A stretch of DNA of 64,000 nt from an uncultured Planctomycetaceae bacterium (GCA_963976765.1 CAXBME010000013.1:124001-188000); one strand, 5' to 3'. Positions 41,075 to 52,057 are shown, counted from the stretch's first letter. Notes: generated by a model from the sequence alone, not told the origin. Translations and numbers: made by a program.

Positions 41075-41983
41075 ATGACTCTGCGCCATCAGTCCGGCGT
41101 GTCAGCGCGCCGGTACCAACTCGCTGTAATCCTTTCTTTGTTCTGCGCCTGTGTGATTGCGTGGGGCTGCCAGACGACTCCCGTCAGCGGTCGTCGCAAG
41201 CTGGTACTCGTGCCGGAGACGCAGGAAATCAGTCTGGGCGAGGATGCCTACAAAGAAATCCTGAGCAAAGAACAACTGTCCAGAAACGAGAAGTACAACG
41301 AAATCGTGAACCGGGTTGGCAAGCGGATCGCTGCCGTTTCAGGACGAGATGATTTCAACTGGGAATTCAAAGTCATCGCTTCGGATCAGCAGAACGCATT
41401 CTGCCTGCCCGGTGGCAAGGTCGCCGTCCATGAAGGCATCATTCCGGTTTGCCAGTCAGAAGCTGGGTTGGCTGTGGTGATGTCTCACGAAATCGCCCAC
41501 GCGCTGGCTCGTCACGGCGGCGAGCGGATGTCGCATCAGCAAGTCAAAGATGTCGGCGGCAAGGTGGTCGATGCTGCGGGTCGCTGGTTCTACAAAGATG
41601 GCTATGAAGAAAAGCAGGACATCGTTCTGACCGCCTACGGAGTCGTTTCTGAATACGGAGCCATCCTTCCTTACAGCCGCAAGCACGAAACCGAAGCCGA
41701 CCTGATCGGCATTAAGTTGATGGCTGAAGCCGGGTACGACCCCAGCGAAGCCCCGCTCTTCTGGGAACGCTTCTCGGCAGCAAAGAGTGGTGAGACGCCG
41801 ATGGAGTTCCTCTCGACCCATCCATCCGATGCTCGTCGAGCAGCGGATCTGCGAGCCAGCCTGCCGGACGCATTGAAAGTCTACAACAAGGCCACGCAGC
41901 AGTACGGACTCGGTGACCGGTTGATCGTCGTTGAGTCGACCAATGTGGAATTGCCGCTGGTCTCAAACACCGTCATTCGCTGA
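41075..41983 (+). CDS. M48 family metallopeptidase (probable lipoprotein)
   Basis: WGC lipobox-like site; NAFCLPGGKV; LAVVMSHEIAHALARHGGER (HExxH); PYSRKHETEAD; EFLSTHP. Confidence 0.92.
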   Translation: MTLRHQSGVSARRYQLAVILSLFCACVIAWGCQTTPVSGRRKLVLVPETQEISLGEDAYKEILSKEQLSRNEKYNEIVNRVGKRIAAVSGRDDFNWEFKVIASDQQNAFCLPGGKVAVHEGIIPVCQSEAGLAVVMSHEIAHALARHGGERMSHQQVKDVGGKVVDAAGRWFYKDGYEEKQDIVLTAYGVVSEYGAILPYSRKHETEADLIGIKLMAEAGYDPSEAPLFWERFSAAKSGETPMEFLSTHPSDARRAADLRASLPDALKVYNKATQQYGLGDRLIVVESTNVELPLVSNTVIR

Positions 41984-42022
41984 GTCGTGTGGACGCCGCG
42001 GTCAGAAAATTGAGGTATCGCC

Positions 42023-42523
42023 ATGTTCTTCCTTCGCCCGATCCGGTTCTTCTTCAAAGCATTGATCACGGACAACTCACCGAGCCAGATGGCGCTGGGA
42101 TTTGCACTTGGAGTGGTCATCGGCCTCGTACCGAAGGGCAATATGATCGCGATCTCTCTGATGGTCGTTCTGAGCGCGATCCGCGTGAACCTGGGGATGG
42201 GGATGCTGGCGGCGTTTGCGTTCTCGTGGGCAGGAGTCCTGCTGGATCCATTCACGCATCGCATCGGGCAAACACTGCTGACAACCGACTCGCTCGCGCC
42301 GTACTGGACTCAGCTCTACAACCAGCCGATGGCTCCGTGGACGAAATTTAACAACACAATCGTCCTGGGCAGCTTCGTACTCGGCATGACTTTGCTCGTC
42401 CCGATCTTTCTGATCGCCAAACCGATCTTCACGAAGTACACCCCCGACTGGTCAGAGCGTCTGCAGAAATTCAAGCTGGTTCAACTGCTGCACGGAACCG
42501 AACTCTCGACTCGCCTGAACTGA
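42023..42523 (+). CDS. TIGR03546 family (DUF2062-like) membrane protein
   Basis: SPSQMALGFALGVVIGLVPKGN...RVNL...FNNTIVLGS signature; paired with the downstream TIGR03545-like gene. Confidence 0.85.
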   Translation: MFFLRPIRFFFKALITDNSPSQMALGFALGVVIGLVPKGNMIAISLMVVLSAIRVNLGMGMLAAFAFSWAGVLLDPFTHRIGQTLLTTDSLAPYWTQLYNQPMAPWTKFNNTIVLGSFVLGMTLLVPIFLIAKPIFTKYTPDWSERLQKFKLVQLLHGTELSTRLN

Positions 42524-42530
42524 TCGAAGA

Positions 42531-42554
42531 GCAGGGTGGGTACCGCCACCCTGC
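42531..42554. repeat. Short REP-like palindrome (copy 2)
   Basis: GCAGGGTGG-gtaccg-CCACCCTGC, a perfect 9-bp stem with termini like those of 47443-47499. Confidence 0.6.
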
Positions 42555-42616
42555 ACATTGCCACGCGTTTCGACTTCACATTCTGACCGGCACACAGCCG
42601 TCATGAGGGCAACACA

Positions 42617-44656
42617 ATGGGTGATCGACAGAAACCAACTGATCTGTCAGATGACATCCTGATCAACGGCGTTTCTGAGATCGCAGACTCGCTCGCTGGT
42701 GGCAGTTCCGAAACCCCAAGCGTCGCCGACATGATGGCCAATCCGCAAAGCGTCCTGACCGCAGCCGCCAGGACGATGGTTGACGAAACAGTCGGTAGCG
42801 TAACGACGGCAGCAGATCGTCAGTCAGAGCTTGAGTCGGATAGCCTCGCTGAATCTTCTGAGACCGCTCCCGAAGACGATCAGAAGAAAAAGAAAAAAAA
42901 GCAGCAGCCGGGGCTCGGACCTCGCTGGAGTTATATCCTCACGCGAGGCATCGTCGTCGCTTCCGTGTGGGGATTCTTTACGTTTGCGTTTGATCCGATT
43001 CTGCGTCACAGCGCGATCACAGCCGGTCAGCAGGCGGTCCAGGCAAGAGTCGAAATCGCCACACTGCAGACAACATTCTTCCCGCCGACGATTTCGATGA
43101 CGAACGCCGCCGCCGCTAACCGCAACAAACCTGGTACGAACATTCTCGAATTCGAATCGATGAACGGCGACATCGACGGCCTGGCTTTAATGCACGGTTC
43201 GTACGTGCTCGACAAGGCAGTCGTCAACGGCCTGACCTGGAACACACCGCGAGCCGACGACGGCCTGTTGCCGGATTCGCCACCGCCTGAAGAATCAGAA
43301 GGTCCTGGTTTCGGCGACCAGCTTGAAAAGTACGGCAAGGACTGGGCCAACGACATCTTTGACCGGGCGAAGCAGGAATATGATCCTCGAAATCTGGAGT
43401 CCGTCCGGCTGGCTCAGCAGCTGGAAGTTGAATGGAAGAACGACTTCGATGGTCTGGAAGTCCGTATCAGGAACGTGGACACTGCCGGTCGACAGCTGAA
43501 GCAGATGGTCGATCAAACCAAGCGAATGAATCCGGTACAGCGAGTCGAAGCCTACCGCAAAATCGCCAACGATGGCTCGCGTCTCTTGCGTGAGGTCAGC
43601 GACATCCGCGACGAATTGAAAGTCCTGCCGAAGAAAGCCGAAGGCGATCTTGGCGAACTCGACGAAGCCCGCAAACGAGACCAGGCTGAGATCAAACGCA
43701 AAGTCGAAGAACTCGTCGTCGACGGCGACAAACTTTCCGAGTTTCTGCTGGGGCCGACCGTGCATCAGCGCATCAGGAAAACTCTGGCCTGGCTCGACTG
43801 GGGAAGTGAACAGGCCAGCAAGTTTTCGGATACGCCAAAACCTGAACGCCAGCGAGGAGACGATGTCTTCTTTCCGCTCGCCAATCCGCTTCCCGATTAC
43901 CTGGCTCGACTGATTCAAGTGACGGGGCAGGGAGAAATTGGTGGCGATCGGATGACAGTCCAGGGAATGATTACCGATGTCAGCTCCGACCCGGTTCTCT
44001 ACGGAAAGCCGACCATTATTCGTATGAAAGGTCAGGGCGAAGCCGATGTTCAGATGAAGGCGGAACTCGACCGAACGAAGAATGTTCCGGTCAACATTCT
44101 CGACGTTGCTTACGTTCTGGACAAAGCAACGACCAGCAAACTCGGCGATGACGATTCACTGGTTGTCGAGGTTCGAGCCGGCAGTACTCGATGGAACGTT
44201 CATATCGAAACCGTCGGTGATCAACTGACCGGCACGGTTGCGATGCTCCAGGCACCTGTCCTGCTGATTCCGGAAGTGAAAGCGGTCGACGAAACGCTCG
44301 GACGACTGATTGCAGCATCCATGAAAGACATCGACCAGATCGACGCGACGGTCGAACTGTCGGGCACTGTCAGGAAACCGAAACTCAAGCTGAAGACCAG
44401 CCTTGGCGAAACGATTTCCAACGGCGTCAAACAGGGCTTCGGTCGCGAGATCTCAGCCCAGAAAGAAGCACTGATTGCGAAACTGGATGCTCAGGTCAAA
44501 GAGAAGCAGGACGGACTGGTTGGTATGTTCCTGGGAAGACGCGACAGCATTACGGAGCAACTCAATCTGCGTGAATCGAGTATTCAGGATCTGATCCCGA
44601 AAGTTGCCGGCCAACCACTCGACGCCTCGGGTCTGTTGAATCGAGTGTTGCGGTAG
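42617..44656 (+). CDS. TIGR03545 family protein (membrane-anchored, coiled coil plus beta-rich region)
   Basis: RWSY..RG...TM segment, AVQARVEI, NTPR..DGLL, long helical middle, C-terminal 'IDATVELSGTVRKPKLKLKTSLG'; follows the TIGR03546 gene. Confidence 0.8.
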   Translation: MGDRQKPTDLSDDILINGVSEIADSLAGGSSETPSVADMMANPQSVLTAAARTMVDETVGSVTTAADRQSELESDSLAESSETAPEDDQKKKKKKQQPGLGPRWSYILTRGIVVASVWGFFTFAFDPILRHSAITAGQQAVQARVEIATLQTTFFPPTISMTNAAAANRNKPGTNILEFESMNGDIDGLALMHGSYVLDKAVVNGLTWNTPRADDGLLPDSPPPEESEGPGFGDQLEKYGKDWANDIFDRAKQEYDPRNLESVRLAQQLEVEWKNDFDGLEVRIRNVDTAGRQLKQMVDQTKRMNPVQRVEAYRKIANDGSRLLREVSDIRDELKVLPKKAEGDLGELDEARKRDQAEIKRKVEELVVDGDKLSEFLLGPTVHQRIRKTLAWLDWGSEQASKFSDTPKPERQRGDDVFFPLANPLPDYLARLIQVTGQGEIGGDRMTVQGMITDVSSDPVLYGKPTIIRMKGQGEADVQMKAELDRTKNVPVNILDVAYVLDKATTSKLGDDDSLVVEVRAGSTRWNVHIETVGDQLTGTVAMLQAPVLLIPEVKAVDETLGRLIAASMKDIDQIDATVELSGTVRKPKLKLKTSLGETISNGVKQGFGREISAQKEALIAKLDAQVKEKQDGLVGMFLGRRDSITEQLNLRESSIQDLIPKVAGQPLDASGLLNRVLR

Positions 44657-44682
44657 AGGCTCGCCGCCCTTGAGTACCGTAC

Positions 44683-45687
44683 TTAATCGCCTGCCGCCAG
44701 TCGGGCGGCCAGGGCGGCTCGTCGTTTCGCTGCGAGACGTTTGACGACCTCGTCGACGATGACTCCCGCCAGAATCACGACACCGATGATGGCAAACTCA
44801 AGTGTCGTTGGCATGCCGAGCAGGTTGATCGAGTTTCTCAGCAGAGGCAGAATTGCCGCTCCGATGACGACCCCAAAAATCGACCCCTGGCCGCCTCGTA
44901 GACTGCATCCGCCCAGAACTGCGGCCGCGATCGCATACAACTCGTAGAAGCTGCCGAAGTTGTCTGGCTGGATCGAGTTTGAATCGAGCGCGAAGAGGAC
45001 ACCGCCAAACCCAGCCACCAGCGAGCACAGCATGTAAGCCAGGACGACCATGCGATCGGTATTAATTCCGCTGTAGCGAGCAGCCTGTTCGTTTCTTCCC
45101 AGAGCCAGCAGGTAGCGACCGTAGATCGTCTTGTTCAAAAAGATCGCGGCGACAATCGCCAGACCGATCATCAGCAGAAACGGAACCGGCAGATTGAACT
45201 CGCCGATGCCTGGCAGATTTCCTAATGGTATTTTCCCAATGGCCAGATAACGCAGGCTGTCGTAGTTTCCTTTGAAACCCTGGACGCTGTCGCCGGTCAT
45301 CCAGCGCGCGCAGCCTCGATAAATCAACAATCCACAGAGCGTCACCACAAAGGGCTGTAGTTTGAGCCTCGTGATCAGCAGCCCGTGAATCAGGCCGATG
45401 CTCGCCGAAAGCACAACCACAGCCAGCAGGCCGGTAAACAGCGATGCTCCGTGAACGACCAGCAGGTAGGGCAGCATCGTTCCGACCAGGCCGATCATCG
45501 AGCCGATCGAAAGATCGATCCCACTCGTGATAATAACCAGCGAAACGCCGATCCCGATGATGCCGTAAAGCGAGGCTCGTCTTATCAGGTTTTCGAGATT
45601 GTAGGCGTTCACAAAATCTGGATTGGCGAACGCAGTCGCGATGAACACGACCAGGAACAGGCACAGGATGCCGAGGTTTTTTTTCAT
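44683..45687 (-). CDS. Sugar ABC transporter permease (RbsC-like)
   Basis: VIITSGIDLSIGS, LQPFVVTL, GRYLLALGRNEQAARYSGI, YELYAIAAAVLGGCSLRGG. Confidence 0.93.
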   Translation of the reverse strand: MKKNLGILCLFLVVFIATAFANPDFVNAYNLENLIRRASLYGIIGIGVSLVIITSGIDLSIGSMIGLVGTMLPYLLVVHGASLFTGLLAVVVLSASIGLIHGLLITRLKLQPFVVTLCGLLIYRGCARWMTGDSVQGFKGNYDSLRYLAIGKIPLGNLPGIGEFNLPVPFLLMIGLAIVAAIFLNKTIYGRYLLALGRNEQAARYSGINTDRMVVLAYMLCSLVAGFGGVLFALDSNSIQPDNFGSFYELYAIAAAVLGGCSLRGGQGSIFGVVIGAAILPLLRNSINLLGMPTTLEFAIIGVVILAGVIVDEVVKRLAAKRRAALAARLAAGD

Positions 45688-45810
45688 CGGTCTATCAATA
45701 AAGCTGAGAACAGGACTGAGGTGGTGACCACGGAAAGCGCGGAAGGATTGAGTTGCTCAGCAAGCCTTCCAAGAAATTCCGTGTCTTCTGTGCTTCTGCT
45801 TAAGAGTGTT

Positions 45811-47346
45811 TTAAGCGACTGATTCTTGCGGAACGTTTCCAGTCGCAAGCTGCATGACGGCCTCTTCGCTGAGTTCCTTGCGTGCCAGCTTGCCTGAAAT
45901 TCGCCCCTCGTGCATCACGAGAGTCTGGTCGGACATGCCGAGAATTTCCTCCATCTCGCTACTGACGAACAGGATGGCCATTCCCTGCTCAGCCAGTTCT
46001 TCCATCAAGCTGTAAATCTCCTGCTTCGCTCCGACGTCGATGCCGCGAGTTGGCTCGTCCAGCAGCAGCACTTTCGGTTTCAGAGACAACCATTTCCCAA
46101 GGACAACCTTCTGCTGGTTGCCACCGGAAAGGTACTGCGCGATCTGTTGCTCGTTGGGCGTCTTGATCCTCAGCTTGCGAATCATCTCCGTTGTGTCGGT
46201 CCCCTCCTGAGGAGCATTCAGAAAACCGAACTTCTTCTGATGCCGCTTCAAGCCGGCCAGACCAATGTTCGTGCGGACGGCCATTTCGAGGACCAGCCCT
46301 TGCAGCTTCCGGTCTTCCGGCACAAGAGCCAGCCCCGCATCGATCGCGTCAATCGGCGTGTTAATGCGAACGGTCTTGCCGCCGACTTCGATGCTGCCGG
46401 AGACGGCTGGATCAACTCCAAACAGAACCTGAAGCATTTCGGTTCGACCGGCCCCGACCAGACCGGCAACCCCAACGATTTCTCCAGAACGGATTGCGAA
46501 GTTCAGCTTGTGGCCTGGATTTGCCGGAGTCACCAGGTTTTTTACCTGCAGGGCGACGTCGCCGGGTGAGTGCGGCTTTCGGACGTAGAACTGCGAAACG
46601 TCGCGCCCGACCATAAGCTGGACCATGCGGTCGTGATTGATCTCGTCTCGCCCCAGGTCGCCAGCGTTCTCACCGTCTCGGAAGACGGTCACACGATCAG
46701 CCAGTTCTTTTACTTCGCCCAGACGGTGCGAAATGTAGATCACACTGACGCCTTTACTCCGCAGATCCTTCACCACTTTGAACAACGTCTCGGCTTCGTG
46801 AGCGGACAGGCTGGACGTTGGCTCGTCCATGATCAGTACACGAGCGTTGACTGAAAGTGCTCGTGCGATTTCAACAAGCTGCTGCTGGCCGATCGGCAGT
46901 CGCTCGACGATCGTGTCGGGTGAAACGTTCAGGCCAACTCTTTTCAGTAAGGCTCGTGAGTCTTCCCGAATCTTCGCTTTGTTGATCAGTCCGTTCTTCT
47001 TTGGTTCCCGACCAAGGAAAATGTTGGCTCCAACATCGAGGTTGTCGGACAGATTGAGCTCCTGATGAATCAGCGCGACGCCGTGATCGAATGCCGCCTG
47101 CACCGAGTCAATTCGAACAGGCTCGCCGTCGATCAGCAACTGCCCCGAGTCCGGCTCCTGAACACCAGCCAGGATTTTCATCAGCGTACTTTTGCCGGCT
47201 CCGTTCTCGCCGATCAACGCCAGAACTTCGCTGTGTCCGAGCGTCAGGTTCACATGACTGAGCGCGATGACGCCGGGAAATCCCTTCGTGACGTTACGGA
47301 CCTCAAGCAGCGGATGTTGTGGAGACTCAGGCATGGATTGTCGCAC
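45811..47346 (-). CDS. Sugar ABC transporter ATP-binding protein with two ABC domains (RbsA/MglA-like)
   Basis: [64 protein letters not shown]. Confidence 0.95.
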   Translation of the reverse strand: MRQSMPESPQHPLLEVRNVTKGFPGVIALSHVNLTLGHSEVLALIGENGAGKSTLMKILAGVQEPDSGQLLIDGEPVRIDSVQAAFDHGVALIHQELNLSDNLDVGANIFLGREPKKNGLINKAKIREDSRALLKRVGLNVSPDTIVERLPIGQQQLVEIARALSVNARVLIMDEPTSSLSAHEAETLFKVVKDLRSKGVSVIYISHRLGEVKELADRVTVFRDGENAGDLGRDEINHDRMVQLMVGRDVSQFYVRKPHSPGDVALQVKNLVTPANPGHKLNFAIRSGEIVGVAGLVGAGRTEMLQVLFGVDPAVSGSIEVGGKTVRINTPIDAIDAGLALVPEDRKLQGLVLEMAVRTNIGLAGLKRHQKKFGFLNAPQEGTDTTEMIRKLRIKTPNEQQIAQYLSGGNQQKVVLGKWLSLKPKVLLLDEPTRGIDVGAKQEIYSLMEELAEQGMAILFVSSEMEEILGMSDQTLVMHEGRISGKLARKELSEEAVMQLATGNVPQESVA

Positions 47347-47442
47347 TCAAGTTCGAATCTGATGCAGAAAACAGAAACCGTATTCTGCGGTCGGTCCGGC
47401 GTCCATGTCGCTGTGAGTCAGCAGCTGGGACTCACGCAATCC

Positions 47443-47499
47443 GTAGGGTGGGCATTGTCCACCAGCATGTTTGAAATTGGTGGGCAATGCCCACCCTGC
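47443..47499. repeat. GTAG-type REP-like inverted repeat pair (copy 3, best conserved)
   Basis: GTAGGGTGGGCATTGTCCACCA ... TGGTGGGCAATGCCCACCCTGC, a near-perfect 22-bp inverted repeat directly after the stop codon of the binding-protein gene. Confidence 0.75.
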
Positions 47500-48669
47500 T
47501 TATTCTGTTGCCGCTTCGGCAGGCTCAGCCGGTGTTCCCTCTGCAACCGGTTTCGTTTCTGCGGTCTCAGATTCGCCATCGGTCGTGGCCGGTTCATCCT
47601 CAGCGGCTGCTGGAGCTTCCTTCGCGGTAAGTCGCTTCAACTCAGCCCAGAACTCTTCAACGTTGTCTTTGCGAATGTTCCGAGCAGGAATGTTGATCAC
47701 GCCGCCTTCCGGGATGACGGACTTATCGCCTCGTGCCAGTGCCGCGAGGATTTCGACGGACTTGTGGCCGTAGGCGTAAGGATTCTGCACGGTCGTGCCG
47801 TACATCTCACCGTTCTTAATCGCCTCCAGTGATCGCTCGTCTTCGTCGAACGAGACGATCTTGATCTTGCCGACTTTACCGGCTTCTCGAACGGCTTCCA
47901 GAATCAGCGGCGGATTGTAAGCGAACAGGCCGACCATGCATCCCAGGTCTTCGTACCTGGCGATAGCGTCCTGAGCGTTGTCCTTACATTTTCCAAAGTC
48001 GAAGCCGTCGGTTCGTGTGTCGAGGATCGTGTACTTCTCGCCTTTGATTTCGCCAGCGTTCGGATCGTCGTATCGAGTGCGGTCTTCACTTCGATCGAGG
48101 ATTTCATCGATCGTTCCCTGCCGCCGCAGCTTGGCGTTTTCCTGGGCAAGGCGACCGACGAGAATGATGACCGAACCACCTTCCGGCATGGCCTCTTTAA
48201 CGAGCTTTCCACACATGCGACCGGCGGTGTAATTGTCCATGCCGATGTAGCAAAGGCGTTTGCTGTTCGGAGCGTCCGAATCCTGAGTAATCAGGTTGGT
48301 GTGCGATGCGATTTCGTCCAGCAGGTCTCCCTGATTGTCCGGATCGATTGGGCTGATGGCGATGCCCTTGATGCCCTGAGCGAGCAGGTCCTGGCACATT
48401 CGCTTCTGATCTTCCACACCGTTGGCCGGCATCTTGACGATGACGTTGGCGTCAAATTCTTTGCCGGCATCCATCGCACCTTTTTCCGCGATATCCCAGA
48501 ACGAGGCGATGCCGTTTGTGACGTAGGCGACTTTCGGAGCGTCGGCGCTGATCGTTGTTTCGCCACCGCCGCCGGCTCCTCCGGTTGCACCAGGATCGGA
48601 CGAATTGGAGCAGCCGTAGACGGTGAGCGATATGGTCGCCAGAAGTGCGAACAGAGAGAGATTCTTCAT
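47500..48669 (-). CDS. Sugar ABC transporter substrate-binding lipoprotein
   Basis: Lipobox VYGC; FWDIAEKGA, GIAISPIDP, ITQDSDAP, YIGMDNY.AGR, KIVSFDE, TVQNPYAYG. Confidence 0.92.
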   Translation of the reverse strand: MKNLSLFALLATISLTVYGCSNSSDPGATGGAGGGGETTISADAPKVAYVTNGIASFWDIAEKGAMDAGKEFDANVIVKMPANGVEDQKRMCQDLLAQGIKGIAISPIDPDNQGDLLDEIASHTNLITQDSDAPNSKRLCYIGMDNYTAGRMCGKLVKEAMPEGGSVIILVGRLAQENAKLRRQGTIDEILDRSEDRTRYDDPNAGEIKGEKYTILDTRTDGFDFGKCKDNAQDAIARYEDLGCMVGLFAYNPPLILEAVREAGKVGKIKIVSFDEDERSLEAIKNGEMYGTTVQNPYAYGHKSVEILAALARGDKSVIPEGGVINIPARNIRKDNVEEFWAELKRLTAKEAPAAAEDEPATTDGESETAETKPVAEGTPAEPAEAATE

Positions 48670-48813
48670 CAGAAGGTGGCTCCGAAAATGGCTGCACGCC
48701 GTGCGGCCGGGTTGAATCTTCAGCGAGGCAGGCCGCCTCGATTACCAATCAAGCAGAAAGGACCGGTCACCATAATTCTCGCTCATTCATAAATCAACGA
48801 GCGGAAGACCAGG

Positions 48814-49764
48814 TCAGCTTGCCGCCTTCGACCAGAGCAACGCCAGGCAGCCCAGCCCGTAGAACGAGTATTCAACATCGGCCTGATCATCCCAGGCGGC
48901 TCCGCGGAATCCGCCCGTCGGAAATTCCAGCTCGTGTGAGAGGAACCGCTCGATCATGGCCTCACTGGCCAGGTTCTGGATGTTCAGATCCTGCACGGTC
49001 AATAGTCCGGTGAAAGTCGACAGGCCGTCCGCAAACGCGATCCGTTTATTCGCCTGGAAACCCCCTTCGGAGCTCCAGGTTTCCTTCAGGAAGTCACGGA
49101 TGTCTTCGCAGAGTTCTTTGTCGAGGCCTCCGACAATGGTCATCAGGCCGACCGCCGCCGCAGTAGGATTTGTCCCGCTGTTTTTCATCGGAGCAATCTC
49201 GACAAAACCGCCGTCGTCGCGCTGCCGGTCGTAAATAAACTGGATCAGTTTGTTGGGCCGAGGTGGGGTCATGCCGAGCAGCTCATAAGTCAGCGTGACC
49301 ATGAAAGAGTGGTACGTGCTGCCGGCAGCTCCTTCTTCCGACTTGGCGTAACCACCGTCGGCGGTGCGGACTTTTTCGAGCCTGGCGGCGATCTGTTGCG
49401 GCCAGTCGGCATCTTCAGCTTCGAGCAGATCTCCGCCGCCGAAGACCTGCACAGCCAGAGCGGTGTAGAGCCAGTTCATCAGATCAATGACGCCGAGCTT
49501 CTGCCAGTCGAACGTGGCGAGGTACGCGCCGATGGATTTCGCTTCGCCGGGATTCATGCCGCCCAACATGCTGAGTGCCCGGACAGCGAAACTCGTGTAA
49601 TAAAGGTCAGAATCGCCCTCGCGTCCGCCGAAACCGCCGTCGTCCTGCTGGCGCGAAAGAATAAACGCGCGATGTCGTTCGCGGCGAGACTCTTCCATGT
49701 TAGAAAGGCCGTTGGACAGCCGCTCGGCCAGCCGGACAAGGTACGGATCCGAGGAAGGACTCAT
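48814..49764 (-). CDS. Prenyltransferase/squalene oxidase repeat protein (resembles protein prenyltransferase beta subunits)
   Basis: Repeated motifs QQDDGGFGG, ADGGYAK, QRDDGGF, SEGGF, TGGFRG, with SDLYYTSFA, STYHSF and DVEYSFYGL. Confidence 0.85.
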   Translation of the reverse strand: MSPSSDPYLVRLAERLSNGLSNMEESRRERHRAFILSRQQDDGGFGGREGDSDLYYTSFAVRALSMLGGMNPGEAKSIGAYLATFDWQKLGVIDLMNWLYTALAVQVFGGGDLLEAEDADWPQQIAARLEKVRTADGGYAKSEEGAAGSTYHSFMVTLTYELLGMTPPRPNKLIQFIYDRQRDDGGFVEIAPMKNSGTNPTAAAVGLMTIVGGLDKELCEDIRDFLKETWSSEGGFQANKRIAFADGLSTFTGLLTVQDLNIQNLASEAMIERFLSHELEFPTGGFRGAAWDDQADVEYSFYGLGCLALLWSKAAS

Positions 49765-50405
49765 TGAGCCAGCTTCTTTTCACTCGGCGAATCCTTCGCT
49801 GCCGGTTGTGCTGTTGACGATTTTTTCGACTCATTCTCCGGCTGAAAGTTCTCCGACCGAAAAAGGTAAGAAGGCAATGCCGCCGGTCGGTATCGATGTC
49901 GACTCGGCCCCTGACAGCATTCGCAGTCTTTGATTTCGTACATCGGGATCGCGCAGATGTCGCACCAGTAGTCGAACTCTTCGCGCTCACCCTTCCTGTT
50001 TGGGAAGTAAACGATCAGAGACTGCAGGTAAGGAATTCCGGGCTGACGATAACCAACGATCTCAACCGGACGATCCCGCAGCTTCTCGTCCTGGAAGAAC
50101 GCTCGCCCACGCCAGTCGGCGGCGATCGGGATCAGTTCGCCGGACTTCGTTTCCAGCACCGCCTGGAGTTTCATTTCTTCGGCAACTTTAATGCCTCGCC
50201 GTTTCAGAGCATCCTGCAAAAGCACGACCTTGCCGGCGAACAATTGTCTTCGCGGCTCGACTTTCTCAGATGACTTTTCGACCGGCGGCTTCGTCTCAGA
50301 AGCGGCTTCGCTGGCAGACGCTGCATCATGGAAAAGTACCGACACAGCGCAGACAGCGACCGTAATAACTCCGACGAACGTTCTGTTTGTGACAGGCGTT
50401 GCCAT
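49761..50405 (-). CDS. Exported hypothetical protein with C-terminal Cys cluster
   Basis: Signal-like N-terminus; YWCDICAIPMYEIKDCECCQGP; stop overlaps the downstream start (ATGA). Confidence 0.75.
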   Translation of the reverse strand: MATPVTNRTFVGVITVAVCAVSVLFHDAASASEAASETKPPVEKSSEKVEPRRQLFAGKVVLLQDALKRRGIKVAEEMKLQAVLETKSGELIPIAADWRGRAFFQDEKLRDRPVEIVGYRQPGIPYLQSLIVYFPNRKGEREEFDYWCDICAIPMYEIKDCECCQGPSRHRYRPAALPSYLFRSENFQPENESKKSSTAQPAAKDSPSEKKLAQ

Positions 50406-50408
50406 GTT

Positions 50409-51110
50409 TCAAGCCTCTGATTCACCGACAACGACGAGTCGAATTTTCACGTCGGAAGTCTTGCCTTTAGCCTCGCCTTTGCCAGCAAAATTCAGAATCC
50501 AGTCGTCATTGGATTTGTCTTCGACGAGTTTCGCTTCGCTGGCAGCCTCAGCGGGATCGAGCAGCGAGAAGATGGCTGGGTGCGTCGAGCCGGCGGCTTT
50601 ACCACTTCGTTCAGCAAGCTCGTAGAAGTCTTCAATCGTAGCCGGCTTCGTATCGATCTTCGCGGGCAACGCCAGAATAAAGTCAGCCGTGTCGCTGGTA
50701 CCGAGGTGGTTGCCGTCTTCCGGTTGGAGGCCGTATCGCAGTGTGTAGGTTCCGCCGGGGATTTCCTGGCCTCGGAAATCGGAGTACGTCGCTCCTTTGG
50801 GAACCCGCATCGCTCCGAGAAGCTGTCCTGGAGTGAACGGGTAAAGTTGCACGGCGCTCGATTTGAAGTCTGGTTTGATCGGCATACTCTTGAGTAGCCA
50901 CAGCTCGACGACAGCGCCGTCCTCGCCGTGAATCTGGTGGCCAGCCGCGTCGATCAGTTTTTCGATTTCTGGAGAAAGGCCCTTGGGCGCTTCCTTCACA
51001 GCCTTCAGCTTGTAGTCGTCAGCGGCGGCTGCACCAGGCAATAAAAATGCTGAGGCCAGCAGCGCAACAGTCAGTGAAACTCGAATTGTCATGGGAAGAG
51101 GCTCCGGCAA
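50409..51110 (-). CDS. Exported hypothetical protein
   Basis: Signal peptide ending AAAA; 'DFRGQEIPGGTYTLRYGLQPEDGNHLGTS..ADF'; 3 nt from the next gene. Start may be 51092. Confidence 0.75.
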   Translation of the reverse strand: MPEPLPMTIRVSLTVALLASAFLLPGAAAADDYKLKAVKEAPKGLSPEIEKLIDAAGHQIHGEDGAVVELWLLKSMPIKPDFKSSAVQLYPFTPGQLLGAMRVPKGATYSDFRGQEIPGGTYTLRYGLQPEDGNHLGTSDTADFILALPAKIDTKPATIEDFYELAERSGKAAGSTHPAIFSLLDPAEAASEAKLVEDKSNDDWILNFAGKGEAKGKTSDVKIRLVVVGESEA

Positions 51111-51434
51111 ATCTGTGTGTTAAACGGACGGCTGAGATGGTTGCTGCCGTTTCAGATTTGAGGTCCGGAACAGCAGAACCGTGGCGTCACAATCCCTGAC
51201 GGGATTTTCGAAGGCGGGACTGAAATTTCATCTTAGACAGCAGCAAAGGCGATTCCCAGCGAGGTCTAGTGCCGTGCACGATTCGTCGACCGCACTCAGT
51301 CGCGGTTGCGTTGGCCGGAACTGCTCACGATACTCGCCGCCGATTCGCGACTTCTGCCAGAGTGCGAACTCCCGCCGCGAAACTGTGTCATCCCCGCGGA
51401 CCACTCTTCACCATAATTGCGACGAAAATGGCTG

Positions 51435-52040
51435 ATGATTTACATCATTGATTACGGCATGGGCAACCTTCGCAGCGTGCAGAAGGCCTTCGAAAAACTC
51501 GGCGTTGAAGCCACCGTCTGTACAAAATCCAGCGAACTGGCCGACGCAGAAAAGCTGGTCCTGCCCGGTGTTGGAGCTTTTCGAGACGCGATCAACCATC
51601 TGAAAGATCAGGACATGGTCGGTCCGGTTCTGGATCACATCGCTGCTGACCGACCGTTTCTGGGAATCTGTCTGGGACAACAACTTCTGTTTGACGCCAG
51701 TTACGAAGACGGCGAATTCGAAGGTCTGGGAGCCATCCCTGGCAAGGTCGTTCGCTTTGAAGAGCAGCCTGATCTGAAGATTCCCCACATGGGCTGGAAC
51801 TCGCTGCAGACCGCAAACGGCTCGCCCCTGCTGAGCGGGATACCTGAGAACTCGCACGTTTACTTCGTGCATAGTTATTTCGTCGTTCCGGATGATCCTT
51901 CAGTGGTCGCGACGACGACGAGCCACGGAACCGATTTCTGCTCGTCTGTCGCTCGCGGCAATCTCTTCGCCACGCAGTTCCACCCGGAGAAAAGTCAGAG
52001 CGTCGGTCTGCAAATGCTGAAGAATTTCGCAACTCTGTAG
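51435..52040 (+). CDS. hisH: Imidazole glycerol phosphate synthase glutamine amidotransferase subunit
   Basis: [45 protein letters not shown]. Confidence 0.97.
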   Translation: MIYIIDYGMGNLRSVQKAFEKLGVEATVCTKSSELADAEKLVLPGVGAFRDAINHLKDQDMVGPVLDHIAADRPFLGICLGQQLLFDASYEDGEFEGLGAIPGKVVRFEEQPDLKIPHMGWNSLQTANGSPLLSGIPENSHVYFVHSYFVVPDDPSVVATTTSHGTDFCSSVARGNLFATQFHPEKSQSVGLQMLKNFATL

Positions 52041-52057
52041 AGAAGGCATACTTGCTG

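Noticed and set aside
45721..45800. Degenerate short inverted-repeat tracts in intergenic regions (also near 34865-34970, 52745-52815, 60470-60540)
   Set aside because: They look like eroded small palindromic repeats but are too degenerate to define a consensus or boundaries by eye.
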